Position numbers and translations under genes: made by a program. A stretch of DNA of 64,000 nucleotides from NCBI GenBank assembly GCA_028534125.1, contig CM052816.1:87112001-87176000 (forward strand), read 5' to 3'. Shown in pieces: positions 1-13,416 of this stretch. The notes below the pieces were generated by a model. That model saw nothing but the letters and a program-made list of their open reading frames with translations. It was not told the DNA's origin and did not search any database. The stretch comes from Lama glama. Its lineage: Eukaryota. Numbering within the stretch: the first letter of the stretch is position 1; every line of letters starts with the position of its first letter.

Positions 1-129
1 CTATTCATGCATGTATCTAGTGATAAATATCTGTTATTATAAACTAGCATTACACAACTACTGTATAAAGGTAGTATCTCACTACCTTTCTAATCTAATA
101 TTATACTAAGCATAGCTCACATATTATTC

Positions 130-1000
130 ATTGATTAAATAATAATTTCTAGTTACTGCAAGGTGCATTATTATTTACAGACTTTGTATTTACCTAATCA
201 CCAATATAGGGTATTTAAGGTAACTTATTTGAAACTTGCAATTTCATTTTAATGAAACTACTTACTCAATTCTGTATATTTCCCATTATTTCCTTCATAA
301 TGAATGGCATTGACTGTTCAATTAATATGATAATATTAATCTTAAAAGAATTTAATACAGCTTTTCATAAAATGGTTTGTATATTTTCACTTTATGACTG
401 TTTTCTGCATTTATAAACATATTTAATATTGTCATTAAAATGTTTTACCAATTTACCAATTTGATGGGAAAATATATAAATTGGGTGAATGTGCTTTTTT
501 CTTTGCATACCAGTTTTCTGAATATTTCTCTGTTCAGAAATAATTAGAAAGAATTTTATTCTTTCCAAATACTCAGTGGTCTCCTTATTTTTATTTTTTG
601 TTTATTAAACTTTGTTGAATTTTTTTTGTCCAGTATGTTTTTTGGTTGTTTATTTGTTCCATGTGACTGTTGATGTAAAAATTGTCTTTAAATTTTATTA
701 AGTCAAATGAATTGACCATTTCTATTGTCTTCTGTTTTGTTTTATATATGCTAAACTCAATCTTACTAGCTTTAGGAATTTGATCTGTATTATTCCTCCC
801 TCTCCGCTAAAATTTTACTTTTATTTATTTTGTAGAAAGGGACCCTGAGATTCTTGCATTGATTATTTTACTACTTGAATTTCTTTAACTATTTAAAACT
901 ATTTTAACATTTTAAAGCATTTTATCAAGCATTTGATAAAACATATTTCCTTGATTTGGTAATATGTTGATTTAACTAAACATTCTGTCCTTATTACATC
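130..1000 (-). mobile_element. Highly degraded old L1 (L1ME-like) fragments
   Basis: T-rich sequence with decayed antisense L1 ORF2/3' phrases (e.g. aatttgatgggaaaa, ccattttctattgtc). Boundaries approximate. Confidence 0.4.
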
Positions 1001-2219
1001 TTTTATTTTTCTTTTTTTGTCTATCCTTTTATAAATGATGTAAGTGATGCAATTACCTTTCATAAGACTAAAAGGGATTTTTCTCTCTCTTTATGGGCTG
1101 AAGTGTTATCACCTCTGGTCCTATCCTTCTCATTCTCCTCTTTTTTCTCTTAACTTCTGAGTCCTTGGGAGGAAAAAATAATAAAGTAATTTACAAAACC
1201 ATAAACAAATTAGTCCCAATATTAACGCATCAGGAACATTTTTATCATAAGGGCACAGACACAAGTACATCTCCTGCATGTGAACGACAGAATGTTCTAC
1301 CCAGGATTGGCCCACTATCCCATGTGAAGGTTATAAAGTGTTTTCCCAAATATAAAATCACGGTTGAGGTGGGTCGAGATCAGGCATGCACTGAGGGAAA
1401 GGAAGGCTGATATAGAAGTCTTCAGCTTTTCATTGGATTTGAAAATTAAAAGCAGAATTTCTGCTTTGTGTTAGGTCTGAAGAATGTCACAACCTTTGTT
1501 AATTGTCTGTGGAAGCTCAGCCAGTGATGAAGCTCAGTCAGGATGAAAAAGAGGCTTTCAGGTTCCACCAAGGTTAAAACTGATGGAATTCCCTGCCATC
1601 CACCTGGAATACTGCTTTCATCCCCCCACCTCATCACACCCATCTTTTGAAATTTCTAAGACCAAGATAAAGACATCCTTTGCCAGACACAAAACTTGCC
1701 AAGATCCCATTCTGTGAATTCTTGGTTTAAAAAAAAAATTAGACTGGAAAAGCAAGTTTTAGAATTAAGGGTTGAACTACTATTACCAGGATTTGAACAA
1801 TTATAAACCAAGGGAAGGTGAGTCTCATTCAAGGAGGCTCGTTCCTTCTTGGTTGTTCCGGGACTCAGGAGGGAACTCCAGACACATTTCTGCAGCCATG
1901 TCCCTTTTGCAAGGTGGGCAAGAGCATAAATCTCAGAAATGTTGTCTTTTTTTTTCCAATATCCTGTAGGAAAAAGACACTTTGAGATCAGGCTGATTTT
2001 GTCATCCCCTTGTCATGCATGTTTGCACTCTTGGCATGGCATCCATGGATCATAGGGCTCAAATGGAATGGAATTTTTCTTGTTACCTGTGATTAAAAAG
2101 ATGTAGTCCACCCTGGCAATCAAAGAGTAGTACATCTGTGAGGCTTGACTGAAAAACAGTTCTTTGCTGAGCAGTCCTCTATGTTCTTGGCACTTGTGCT
2201 TTCAACCCTGGTTTTCTGA

Positions 2220-2375
2220 CTAACTCATTGGTTTGCTATAAAGTATACAACTCAGGAACAGCTGAATGGAAGGAATGCGGAAGAAAGGTGCTGGGGAAGG
2301 AGCTGGAGCCCCCCCCCCCAGGCACACTGCCTGCCTGCCCAGCACCTTGTGGTGTCACCACTCCAGAAACAATCC
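2220..2375. mobile_element. MER21-like LTR fragment
   Basis: tataaagtatacaactcaggaacagctgaatggaagga...cccagcaccttgtggtgtcaccactccagaa resembles the recalled MER21 core. Confidence 0.55.
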
Positions 2376-2749
2376 TTACTGCATCTTTTAAATTTGACTT
2401 TAATGCTGTCTGGTGTTATGTATTAAATATTTACTTAGTTTTTCAGTAATTTATTCAGTTTATTTCTCCTTGGTCTTGTGTCTTCTTCTTCTTCTTATAT
2501 AACATGATTAAATCACTTGTATTCGTTTTATAGGCAAAATCTGAGAGAGGTTTCCATTTCCTACAATTTCCAATTATTAAGTCTAGTTTCATTTTCTACT
2601 TTATATCCAATATCAGTTCTTCCCATATATGTAATTTTTCTATAACACTATAACTTTTCTGTTTTCATTAGATTTTAATTTTTAAAAAGTCTAATAGAAC
2701 ATTCAATATTATCCTTTGCATAGTCCCACTGCAGCTAAGCACTGTGTAA

Positions 2750-3120
2750 TTGATTGGTTAAGTAATTCTAGGCACTAAAATAAGCACATTCTAAAATCTC
2801 AGTGGTTCATGAAATAAAGATTTTATTTTTTGTTCATGTTACAGTGCAAGTCAGCAGTGAAGTCCGAAGATCACCACTCAACGTAATAATTCAGGGGCCT
2901 GAAAGGTTTCCATCTGATGGTTTTGCTATGATCCAGGGCATCATTTCCCACTTTAGGAAACTGGCAGTTAGAGAAGAACAGAAGGGAAAAGACAGCTGCT
3001 ATTAACTCCTTTGACCTTGAGTAACCCGGGTCACTTCTGCAGACACCCGAGTTGTGTGAACACGTCACATATCACCACCTAGGTACAAGGGAGCTGAAAC
3101 TTGTTTCCTAGTCATGCCCT
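2750..3120 (-). mobile_element. MaLR LTR (MLT1J/K-like)
   Basis: aaaatctcagtggttcatgaaataaagattttatttt ... cacctaggtacaagggagctg, typical antisense MLT1 layout. Confidence 0.55.
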
Positions 3121-3624
3121 CGTAAATACTGGAAAAAAGATTTATAAGATTCCTCTCCCCATTACATACTGCTGCATGCTAATCTTTGTATTGTTTGTCT
3201 TTCTGCCAACACTGCTGTTTAACTGTTCTAAGTATGTGAGAATTAAATAAGAGTAGATGCCCCTTTCAGGTAAGTATTTATGCCCTATGTGAACAATTTT
3301 TTTTAGTTTTAGTGATGAAATGAATAGATAAATCACCACACAGTACGTGGTGGTAAAGGTATAATGGATGCAAAGTAACTGTTGGATAGCAGGTAGAAAT
3401 ATCCTAATATTGGTACTTTAAAAAAATTACAGTGAAAAATCGTTACTCATATTATAATAACATCTGTAATTAGTTATCAGCACTAGTTTTATTTAATTTT
3501 ACTTTTTATTACATTTTAAATGTTGATTCTATCGTAGCATATGTTCAATTGCAACTTCAGTACAACTTGTGAGTTAAATACATTTGAGAAAATTCCTTTC
3601 CTGATCAGTAAATCAATACAATAT

Positions 3625-4040
3625 AACTATTGAAAATAACTTAATATTAGCCAGTGCCACAAATAGCAAACTGTAAAATGGTTAAAACAAAAAAATTTAT
3701 TTTTCAGGCACATAATTTTTGAAACAGTTTTTACTATCCTAGTGCTGATGCAGAAATTAAAGATCTTTTTATCCTGGTGCTCTGCCACCTTCAACATACG
3801 GCTTGGAAATTCACTATCCACATCTAAGCTGACAGAAGGGAACACAGTAAAATAATTAACATGGAAAGGTTTGATGGCCAAGGCCTGAAAGTTATGCATG
3901 TAGTTTTGGTACATTTGTGATTGACTGTATCAGCCACATGGCAAAATTGAATATCAAGTATGGAAAATGTATTGCACAATGTATCATTGAAGAAAATTAA
4001 ACAGGCTTTAGTGAGCAACTAGCAATCTCTCTTTCCAGAT
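3625..4040 (-). mobile_element. MaLR LTR (MLT1J/K-like)
   Basis: gctctgccaccttcaacat...ggccaaggcctgaaagt...ggctttagtgagcaactagcaatctct, typical antisense MLT1J/K. Confidence 0.55.
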
Positions 4041-4059
4041 TTCAAATCCATCTATCCTT

Positions 4060-4560
4060 GATGAAAAATGGAAACTGTATCTCCAGATGGACATAAATAA
4101 CTGAATACAAGTTCTAGAATAAAACAATACCAAAAACAATAGAAGAAAATGCTAAACTACAAGACACATCTACAGATAATGTGTGATGGAATAGCAGATA
4201 GCAGATTTGTAATCCAGAACAATAAATGTTAGGGAGCAATAAAATGATGTGTTTTAAGATAAAAAGGCAAAGACTTATCCAATAGGAAATCTAAAGACAA
4301 CTAAACTAACATTCTCAAGTCAAGGTGAAATAAAGATATATGAGATATGTTAAAAACAAAAACCAAGATATTTTATGGCCTCCAGATCTTCCCAGACAAT
4401 GATTAAACATGTGCTTTATCAAAACGAAAAATATGAGAAAGAAATGTGAGCAAACGATTTAGTAAGTCCAAATGATAATTAACTGCAGGCATAGTTGAGT
4501 AAACGATGTATGTATTTTGAAACTTTATGACTCTTGATTGTTCAATATAAGGAAAAATCA
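4060..4560 (+). mobile_element. HAL1/L1M ORF1 C-terminal remnant
   Basis: A-rich; aaactaacattctcaagtcaaggtgaaataaagata resembles the L1/HAL1 ORF1 'KLSFK.EGEIK.F' region. Confidence 0.5.
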
Positions 4561-5184
4561 CAATAAATGTAAATTAATTCAAACTAATATGTAAAATAAT
4601 GTTCTCTATATTATTGATTTTGACAAAATTGCCTATATTATTTCTTTAATCTTACACATAACAAATTTTCTTCCTAGTCAACACATAATAATTGAGAAAG
4701 TTGAGAAACTGTAAAATCATATTCCTTGGTGCATATAGTATGCTGTATATTCTATATACATTTTGAAAACGTTGATTGTGAATTACATTTTTAAACATAT
4801 TTGTCATATTTTAAGAATGTAGGCATATCTTTACTCCTGCATTATTGCACCAAAACAAGCGAGAATCTTGCAAATGAACTTCAGCTCACATTCTCCATTT
4901 GGATAACTATCACTCAAACAATTTCTTCAACCTTCTAAATATATAGGAGACTGAAGGGGAAAAAAAACAAATCTTGACAGCTCATGCTGAAGCTTTTGTC
5001 AATCATATTAAAAACTTCACACTAACAAAATCCTCTTCATAACAAAATAAAATAAAATAATTCTCAGAAATCATTTTCCTAATGGATAATTTATATAATT
5101 TAACATTCATCTTGGATTAAAGAAAGCCTAAATCCCAGTAACTTCGCTCTCTGTATTTTAAAGTGATAGGTATGTTGTTGCCTT

Positions 5185-5540
5185 TATCTTGGCACCATCA
5201 TCTTGACCTTTTTATGTCATTTTGGCAGTTTACATTGCCAATTTACACTGAAATCATTAAAACCTCCATCTGGGATTCCAAGACCACATACACATGACAG
5301 CAAAAGGAAATCAGGCCATGTCTCCAATATTTTGCTTGGGAATCTCCTTAGCTCTGTATCCAAGCTCATTTCTTCCAAGTTCTGCTTTCCACCCGACAGT
5401 AAAACCCAATTGAGCCAAACTGTCTGCCACTTTATAAGAATCTCCTTTCCTCAAGTTTCCAATAACATGTTTCTCACTTTCTTTTGAGATGTCAGCAGAA
5501 GCACATTTAATTTTCCACCAACATTCTGTTCACAGGGATA

Positions 5541-5571
<31 letters not shown>

Positions 5572-5794
5572 CTGGAAGACAGTGGAAGCATTTTCTACCA
5601 TGTTCCTCACAGCACATAAGCCCTCGCCAATACCACCTTTAGCATCCATATTCCTACCAAGTGACTTTTCAAAGCAATCTGGGCTATTTCCATCAAACGC
5701 CTCCACATTTGTCCAACCTCTACTCATTGCTCAAAGGCATTTTGACATTCTTAGGCCTGTGTTACAGCAGCACCCCACATTCAGTACCAAATTC
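5185..5794 (-). mobile_element. MaLR internal sequence (MLT1-int) attached to the LTR at 5795
   Basis: caagttctgctttccac...tcctttcctcaagtttccaataacatg...tgttacagcagcaccccacattcagtaccaaattc directly abuts the LTR, as expected for the start of MLT1-int. Confidence 0.7.
5538..5571. repeat. (AT)13 microsatellite plus T run
   Basis: Read directly from sequence. Confidence 0.9.
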
Positions 5795-6225
5795 TGCATC
5801 AGTTTGCTAGGGCTGCTGTAACGAAGTACCACAATCTGGGTGGCCTAAAATAAAAGGAATCTATTCTCTCACATTTCTCCAAAATTAAATACCACCAGTC
5901 CCATGCCCACTCTGAGGGCTCCAGGGAAGACTGCCTTTCTCGGCTGTGGGTGATCTCAGGCCTCCCCTGGCTTGGAGCAGCGCAGCTCAGTCTCTTTCTC
6001 CTTCTTCAAATAGTCTTTTCTGTCTTTTTGTTGTTGTTGTTATTCTTAAATATATTCTTATAAGGATGCTAGTCAATGGATTTAGGGCCAATCTTAATTC
6101 CAAGGTGATTTCATCTCAAAATCCTTAACTAATTACATCTGCAAAGAATCCATTTCCAAATAAAGTCACATTCTGAAGTTCTGGGTGAAGATGAATTTGG
6201 GAGGAACACTATTCAACTTACTACA
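5795..6225 (-). mobile_element. MaLR LTR (MLT1C-like)
   Basis: tgcatcagtttgctagggctgctgtaacgaagtaccacaatctgggtggc ... ccaaataaagtcacattctg ... actattcaacttactaca. Confidence 0.8.
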
Positions 6226-7739
6226 CAGTTATAGAAATTTATTTTATGAAAACAACCTATGAAATTACTTGTTTCAAAATGTCATATTTTGTTTAAAGTA
6301 ACATAATTGATTTCCCATCCTCACTCATAGGATTTTTCACCAATGAGTATGGCTGATCTTGCTCCAACCCATCTTATTTCAAGTCATAGGCAACCTTGTT
6401 TTTACTCTTTTTTTCTATAACATTAACTTTCTTACTGACTAGATGAACTTACTTTACAACACTAACTATTAAGACCTAACCCTTCATAGGGAAAACACAG
6501 TCAGGAATTAGCCAAGAACCACCTCTCTACTCAGGCAAAGCAGGCATTCAGTTGCTGGAGTGATTAAACTGTGCAGTGGAACACAACTTATCTAAAAGTA
6601 TGTCCCTTATGTTTGTCTATGCTGTCGTTTCAAGCCATTGACCTGAATGAGATGTCAGGAGTTCTTTGGGCTAGAAAACAAAGATATAAGTGACATGTAA
6701 AGACACACTGCTTGTACACTGCTTGTGATATCTTCTCCCTTACTTTTCTAAACTTGAGCAGTTTAGGAAATGACCCCATTTAATTTCCTCAAATTCTGAG
6801 TAAAAGGGGCAAACATGGATCACATTCCAATGATCATAAAGAAGCCAAGGGCATCTTAACTTCCTTAGTTATTTTCAATAAGATGGAACATAAATTTTAA
6901 AATTAATGGTAATTAAAGTGATTGAATTGTATGCTGGCATGCCTTTTCACGACTATGAGAAATGTTAAAATTTGCAATTAGAATTGCTCACTAGAAGGTT
7001 ATCGTTATTATTGAAGGCATATGTGTATTGGGTAATTTTCAGCTGTTCTGCTAAGTTTCAGTTATATAAGCATCCATCTTTAACGTGTGGTCATAACCCT
7101 AAACATAAATCTTGAAATCTTAAGATTTCAGATCAATTTAAAAACTTTTTCCTTTCCTAGTAGAGCTGACCTTTATGCAAAAATTGGCATATTCTCATTT
7201 GCTAAATTTTTATATTCATTATCAGAAAAAAAGTCCTGTAATAAAAACTACTAAACATCTTATTTTCCATCGCTATTTCTAAATCATTATTCTCTTTATA
7301 GGGTGATTCACTTTTATTAATGTTCCATGGGGTAGTAGAAATTATATAGTAGCCTATTATTTTTTCTTTTATATCCTATGGGTACTAACCTTCAATTTTC
7401 TTTCTCATACAGACAATTATCTATTTTAAGTAGGTTTTCAAAATGTCCCCAGAAGCCATGGTCTTTGCAGTTGTTTGAAACCATAAGCCATATCCTTTAT
7501 CTCATTGATCTTGGATGTAACAATCTAGGTCTATAGAATTTATTATCAAATAATACAAATGTGCAAGGAGAAACATCCTAACATATTCAAGCAAAATAAA
7601 AGTGCTAGTTTGGTTATTGCAAGTGGTCCAGTGAAAAAAGATAGGTGACTATTTTGTTTAATTAAAAAAATTAAAAACAACACCGTGAGATCAGTGGTTT
7701 CCAAAATTAGTAATCATGAGTATGCCAAAAACCAGTATG

Positions 7740-8200
7740 GTTGTCTGACATCATCAGACATCATCTCTCTGATAAAACGATGTATCAAAAAGAGGCCCAC
7801 CATTACTTCTATTGTATCCTTACTAAAAATACATCACATGACCAGGAGAAAACATTTTACGGAATACCTGGCCAATGCTCTTTAAAATATGTAACATCAT
7901 GAAATGCAAAGTAACAAAAAGGGACTGTGTTGGAAGACACTAAGGAAACATGATAACTAAATACTTTATTTAATCCTGGATCAGAATCTGAACTGGAAAA
8001 AGTAAATTCATTGTATAATTAAATGAATATTGGTAAGTTAGTTGTTTGTATTGTATTAATTTACAAGTGTTGATAATTGTTTAGGTAACATATTAAACTT
8101 GGAAGAAACTGAATACAGTATATATGCGAATTCTTTGTAATATTTTTGCCTCTTTCTTACATATGAATTTATTTCAAAACATAAACTTAATAATAAAATA
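7740..8200 (+). mobile_element. Old L1 3' end (L1MC/L1MD-like)
   Basis: atcctggatcagaatctgaactggaaaa ... attctttgtaatatttttgc ... atttatttcaaaacataaac followed by an A-rich tail. Confidence 0.65.
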
Positions 8201-10299
8201 TTGAAGACACAAAAACTAGTGACAGAGATTAGACTATTTATATAAACTGAAGATAATAGAAAAAACAAAATTGTAGTCCTTTTTAACTGCTAAAACCGTT
8301 ATTTAAAAGTACAAAACCAGTTAGTCATCTTCCATGGAGGATTACGGCATCCGCAGTAAAATAGTAGTAAAGATTAGTCCAACAATTTAAAAAATAGAAT
8401 TGTGATTTTATAATGCATTTGTGAATATTTATATATCTGCTGGTTCTACTGAATAAGATGATGGAGCAAGCAAAAGATAAAACATGTCTGATAGGAGCTT
8501 TGAAGAATATCAAGTTTCAGTTAGGAAAAAAATAAAGTGAGAGAGAAAGAAGAGAGATGGTGACCAAGCCATAGCAACAAGGTACGCCCAAATTACTGGG
8601 ACTGTTATTCAAAATAAAAATGAAAAGACTAAACAAGTACATGTAACTCCTCTCAGAGGGATAAAAATGAAACCTAGCATCAAAATCCACCCAGCAAAAG
8701 ATGTACAGATGCCAGAGGCAAGTGGCAGGGCAGTTTGACTTGTGTGAACAGGTGACATCAAACTCTGAGGCTGACTCTGAAGGTGATCTGGAAGTTCCAG
8801 AACCAGACTCAGAACTGAAGATGAGATTACAATCACCAAGTAAAGCAACAGCACTAAAAAAGAATAAACTATTTTGCACAATGAAGATGTAAGTTAGGAG
8901 AGATAATGGAAATAGTCTCTTTAGTAAAATATATTTTAATTTTCAGATTTTTAGTTCTTTGCTTGAACAAAATTATCCTTCTCTGTCTCTCATATGTATA
9001 TTTATGTATATTATGTATGCATATTGGAGAAACATAATGTTAAATATTATTTAATATATGTAATACATATAAAAGATACATAGATTTTTGCAGTCAAGTA
9101 AGTGTATTACTCTAAGAGCTTTTTTATAGTAAAGATTAAAAAAAGAAACTACAGTACATCTGAAAGAACTAATTTTATTTCTGAAAGGTATTCAATTAAG
9201 AAGCAGGACTTAAGTTTTCTCCTTTAAAACAGGGAAACAATTCTCTGTGAAGTGATGGTAACTCTTTTATCACAGGATATTTGTATGCTGGGTTTGTATT
9301 TTGCTTGGCTTCAAGTGAAGAAATCCCATAACATTTGGCTTTTCATAAATAAATATCTTACAATAAATTATATTTTTAGTGATTTAGGAAGCTTAAATAA
9401 ACACAATGTCAACCTTAAAATATTGGAAGGTCAATCTTTCAAACAAACTAATTTAATTATTTTATTTAAATTACAAAGTGCATACATTCTTTGAACTAAT
9501 GAAAGCTAATCTGGCCCACATTTTGCCTTTTTTTCCCCTTTCATTTTCTTTTTTCTTTTCAAATGTTGTAACTGAAAATATGTTTGAAAATATTTATATG
9601 TTTATGCATGTGGTTTATTTTATTCAGTAACTGTATATGCAACTCACATGTAATCTTTAAATTATTTTAAACTTTCTTCTGATCCCAAGAGATTCATAGG
9701 CTACTATACATGTATTTTTCTCTTAAGTTGATGGAGATTTAGCATTCTAAATCTGAGTTATATTGCTTGATCTAAAGTTTTAAACTCCTAAATTTAATTT
9801 TCTTTTAAAGAAAATAAGTACTCTTTCATTTCTTAATGAAATCTACTTCTCCTTTGTCCTTGAAATAACTTTCCTTCCTTAAACAGTTACATAGTTACAG
9901 GAGCCACAACAATCACTGTGCAAAACTTTATTTTTCATATTAAAGGTGGACAAGCAGAAGAAACACGCCATGTTATAAATCATTTTATTATAAGCCATAT
10001 AATCTGATACGCATTTTTTAAAGAATTTCTTTCCACTGTTTTCCAATATAAATTATAATAGAATAACAAAATTAAAAAATAATGCATACATATTAAAACT
10101 AATGTCTTTTATTGCACAAAATAATAATTAAATAAAACTATGTGTCTCAGCACTTTTTACCCCATAATTTTATGGCCAGAGACATCCACAGATCATAATT
10201 TGCTAAATAAACTTCTAGATTATTTATATATCAGTAAATCTATACACACCTATAACTACACACATGCACACACACACATACATACAGAATTATAACAAT

Positions 10300-11070
10300 A
10301 ACGTAACCACATTCTTCACATGGTTCTGAAGCTTTTTATCCAACTGAGCATAATAAAGTGGTTATATTTCAGATCACTAAACATATTGGCACCTAATTCT
10401 TCCAAATTATCATTTTATATTGTAACAAATGTTTATTCTGCACTTTACTCAACCATTACACTATTAATATGAATTTTAGTTTTTTCCAGGTGTTTATGGT
10501 TATAAACAAAAATCTGAGATATTCCAAATATATCTAATTTTTTTGTTATTTATATGGAATTTATATCTAAAATATGTTTGTTAAATGAGAAAATATATAC
10601 TTATTTAATATTCATTGATATTATCAGATTCTACTCTAAAACTTTTTAAACTTCTCCCTACAATCAGTTGTGTATGAGAGTGGCTGTTTGCCATCCATGT
10701 CATCAAAATCTAGAAGTATCAGACTTTATAATGTTTGCTAATCTGATAGAACAATATAGGCTGCTTTTGCCTTAATTTATACTTCTCTGATTGTGATAAT
10801 TTTGAGCATGTTTGTCATAAGTTTATTAGCATGTATCTTTCTTCTATTGCAAATTGATTTTTCATAATCCACCTTGGATTTTTCTTTGATTTTTCTTAAT
10901 AATTTATACTAGTGCTTTATATATTCAAATCCATTGATTTTGTTAACAAATTTGTAGTCAATTTTTCTTTTAGACTCGAATATTTCATTTTGAAAAATGT
11001 CTTATACAATCACTTATAAAACAAGTTTTTAAATGTTTAATGTTATCAAAAATGTCAACTTTATCACCCA
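10300..11070 (-). mobile_element. Old L1 (L1ME-like) ORF2 3' fragment
   Basis: gtgtatgagagtggctgtttgcc, tttgctaatctgatag, gagcatgtttgtcataagtttattagc: decayed antisense L1. Confidence 0.6.
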
Positions 11071-11177
11071 TTATCCCAATCAAATACACATACAAAATAA
11101 TACTCATGTTTTTGAAAATGACTTTGGGACATAGTCTTTCTCTTTGTTTTAAAATGACATCACTTTCTTACAAGAAG

Positions 11178-11233
11178 TGCACCAGAAATTGACACAGTGT
11201 TGTAAACCGACTATAATTCAATTAAACAAAAAG
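11178..11233 (+). mobile_element. ~55-bp extreme 3' tip of a lineage-specific L1
   Basis: caccagaaattgacacagtgttgtaaaccgactataattcaattaaac matches the reverse complement of the 3' terminus of the L1 at ~24717-24760. Confidence 0.75.
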
Positions 11234-13416
11234 TATATGGAGAAAGCTGGAGTGCAAAAAAAGGGATAAAATATGACCATGATAACAGTATATTTGGTTA
11301 GAGGCTACTGGCTGGCCTTCAGAATTCTTGCGCATACCTAATTATGTAATATTCACATATTCTCTCACAAAAAAAATTAAATATATATATTTATGTATGT
11401 AAGCAAAAATAAATGCATCTGAAATATATTTAATTTTTTAACTGTAAACACATGGAAAAAAGCTAAAATGGGTGTAAATCTTGTAGACTTACTTGTTTAC
11501 AAGATAAATATGAAAATTTACAAGTCAAATTGAAAGAAAATCATTACCTACATCTTCCCACTGAATAAGATAATAAACCAAGCAGAGTTTATAAACACCT
11601 ATTCTACCAGGCTGAGCATTCTTGTGGAGGGTTATTTTCCTGTCACTATTTTTATATTCATCCTTTTAGAACTAACCATTAGTTTAACTGGTCTGTTTGT
11701 TCAATACCATTCTCTTTATTTCATGGGTTCCTCTTAGATCAAATTTTCACATTTTATTTTATTTTTCTGGAGCATGTCCTGTAATAATTCTTTCAGGGAT
11801 TCATATTTGGTAAATTTGAACTCTTATTTCTCAATTATATTTTTATTCACAGATTATAGTTATCTTTATTATACGAGATGTTCTACAATTACCATAAAAG
11901 GGGTAAGCAGGATGCTGTTACCTACTGTGAACCTCTTTGTCTTCGGTCAACCTGTCACTCCAGCATCACAAAGGGATTTGTAGATATATAACAAAGTATT
12001 GGCTGAGTTGACTGGAAATGAATTAAATGTTATTATATCACAATTAAAACTAAGAAAAACTTTCGACATCTACCCCAAAGCTTTTTACTAGGTCTATATT
12101 TGACAGTAAGTTTCAGAAACTACATTTTCGTATCAAGCGCACACTATATTCATCATATAGAAGATATGGGTTTGTGTGGGAGGCCATAGCACAAGTGCCC
12201 CCAGGAAGACTCCTGTCAAAGATAAGGGAAAGCCTCTGATGTCTTTTAGCACACTCTACGGAGACCAGATATCCATCACGTGAAGAGTCATGGGGAAAAG
12301 AATTACATAGAAGCAGAAGCATTGTTCTAGGCTAATTGGTAAGTGGCAGTGATTTAGTGGAATCCTTATCCTCACTGTGGAATTTGAAAGAAACTTCACC
12401 TTGAGACTTTTCCAGCTCTAGGGAAGTAAGGTATATCAGGAGAGTGGTACTGGCTCTTAGTTAATTGTATCCATGCCAAGTAAGACATTTTGCAGATACA
12501 TGCTGGGAGAAGATTCTGTGGGTAGCTGTTGCTGTGCAATTATCAGAATTTCATTACCCAGCCTCCAGGACTGCACCCACAGAAGCTCCCACAAGGGAAA
12601 ACATACCCCATGTCACCCCTCCCCTTTATAGCTCTCCTCTGTGAATTTTCTCCATCTGTTGCTTTTATGTGCTACTCTTGTGCTTTTAGCATAATTTGGC
12701 TGAACATCACATTGCTGGTTCTTCATCTTGACTCTGAGAGCATTCTGCCAGTCAGCCTATATGCTGTGGATTTTTTTTTTTTTTGGCTCTTTGATCCTGG
12801 CAATCATTTCTAGTGTGTTGTTTCTAATTAGTTATCTTTCTTACATCCTGTTACACTTTTATGGATGCAATGCTCTTTAGTATGCTTCTAAAGATATAAT
12901 TTATTAAAGACAATCACACAATTGATGCTTCCTTTAATCTTAGTTCTGCTGGAGTGAGAAGGGAGAATTACTGCTTCTCTTTAAGGTGATTGCTTACTCA
13001 CTGATTCACTGAGCTCAACTTAGTGTCTGTTTTCTGTTTACAGAAATAGACGTATGCTGTGTTCACATGAGGAATGTGAACACGACTAATTATTCTTTTG
13101 ATGAAGGCAGGTCATGTTTCTTGCTAGTTTCCAGCCAATTAAAGCTCCAGACTCCCTCTTTATCTCAAAATTTTATATTGGTTCCGAGAACAGGGCAAGT
13201 TTTATCTGGATTCTGGTGATCTAGAAATGATAATAGGATCTAAAATAAGTCCAAATAACCTGATGCTCCAGATTCAATGGCCCAGATAAAAACTGATAGT
13301 TGCCCCAGGCACCCTCCTTATCTTCCCTCCACTACTACCGGGCTGTACCCAACCCTTCCTTTCTCTCTTTCCTCTGCTATGCATAAATTGCAGCATGGTT
13401 TCCTCCGTAGATCTGA

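Larger units (their letters stand above)
5120..8890 (+). mobile_element. Putative fossil hAT (Tip100/ZNF862-like) transposase, interrupted by MLT1 and L1
   Basis: Collinear degraded motifs read by hand: SH*PE*DVRSSL (6633-6668, cf. HRLELAV..AL), VCWHAF (6929-6946, cf. RWLS), FLVELTFMQKL..QK (7154-7228), PVSHLPWRITASAVK (8317-8361), NAFVNIYISAG (8412-8444), then an acidic tail. Many stops and frameshifts. Confidence 0.4.

Noticed and set aside
13059..13083. 10-bp hairpin gtgttcacat-gagga-atgtgaacac, partly resembling the MS2 operator
   Set aside because: Too short; lacks the MS2 bulge and loop geometry; plausible by chance.
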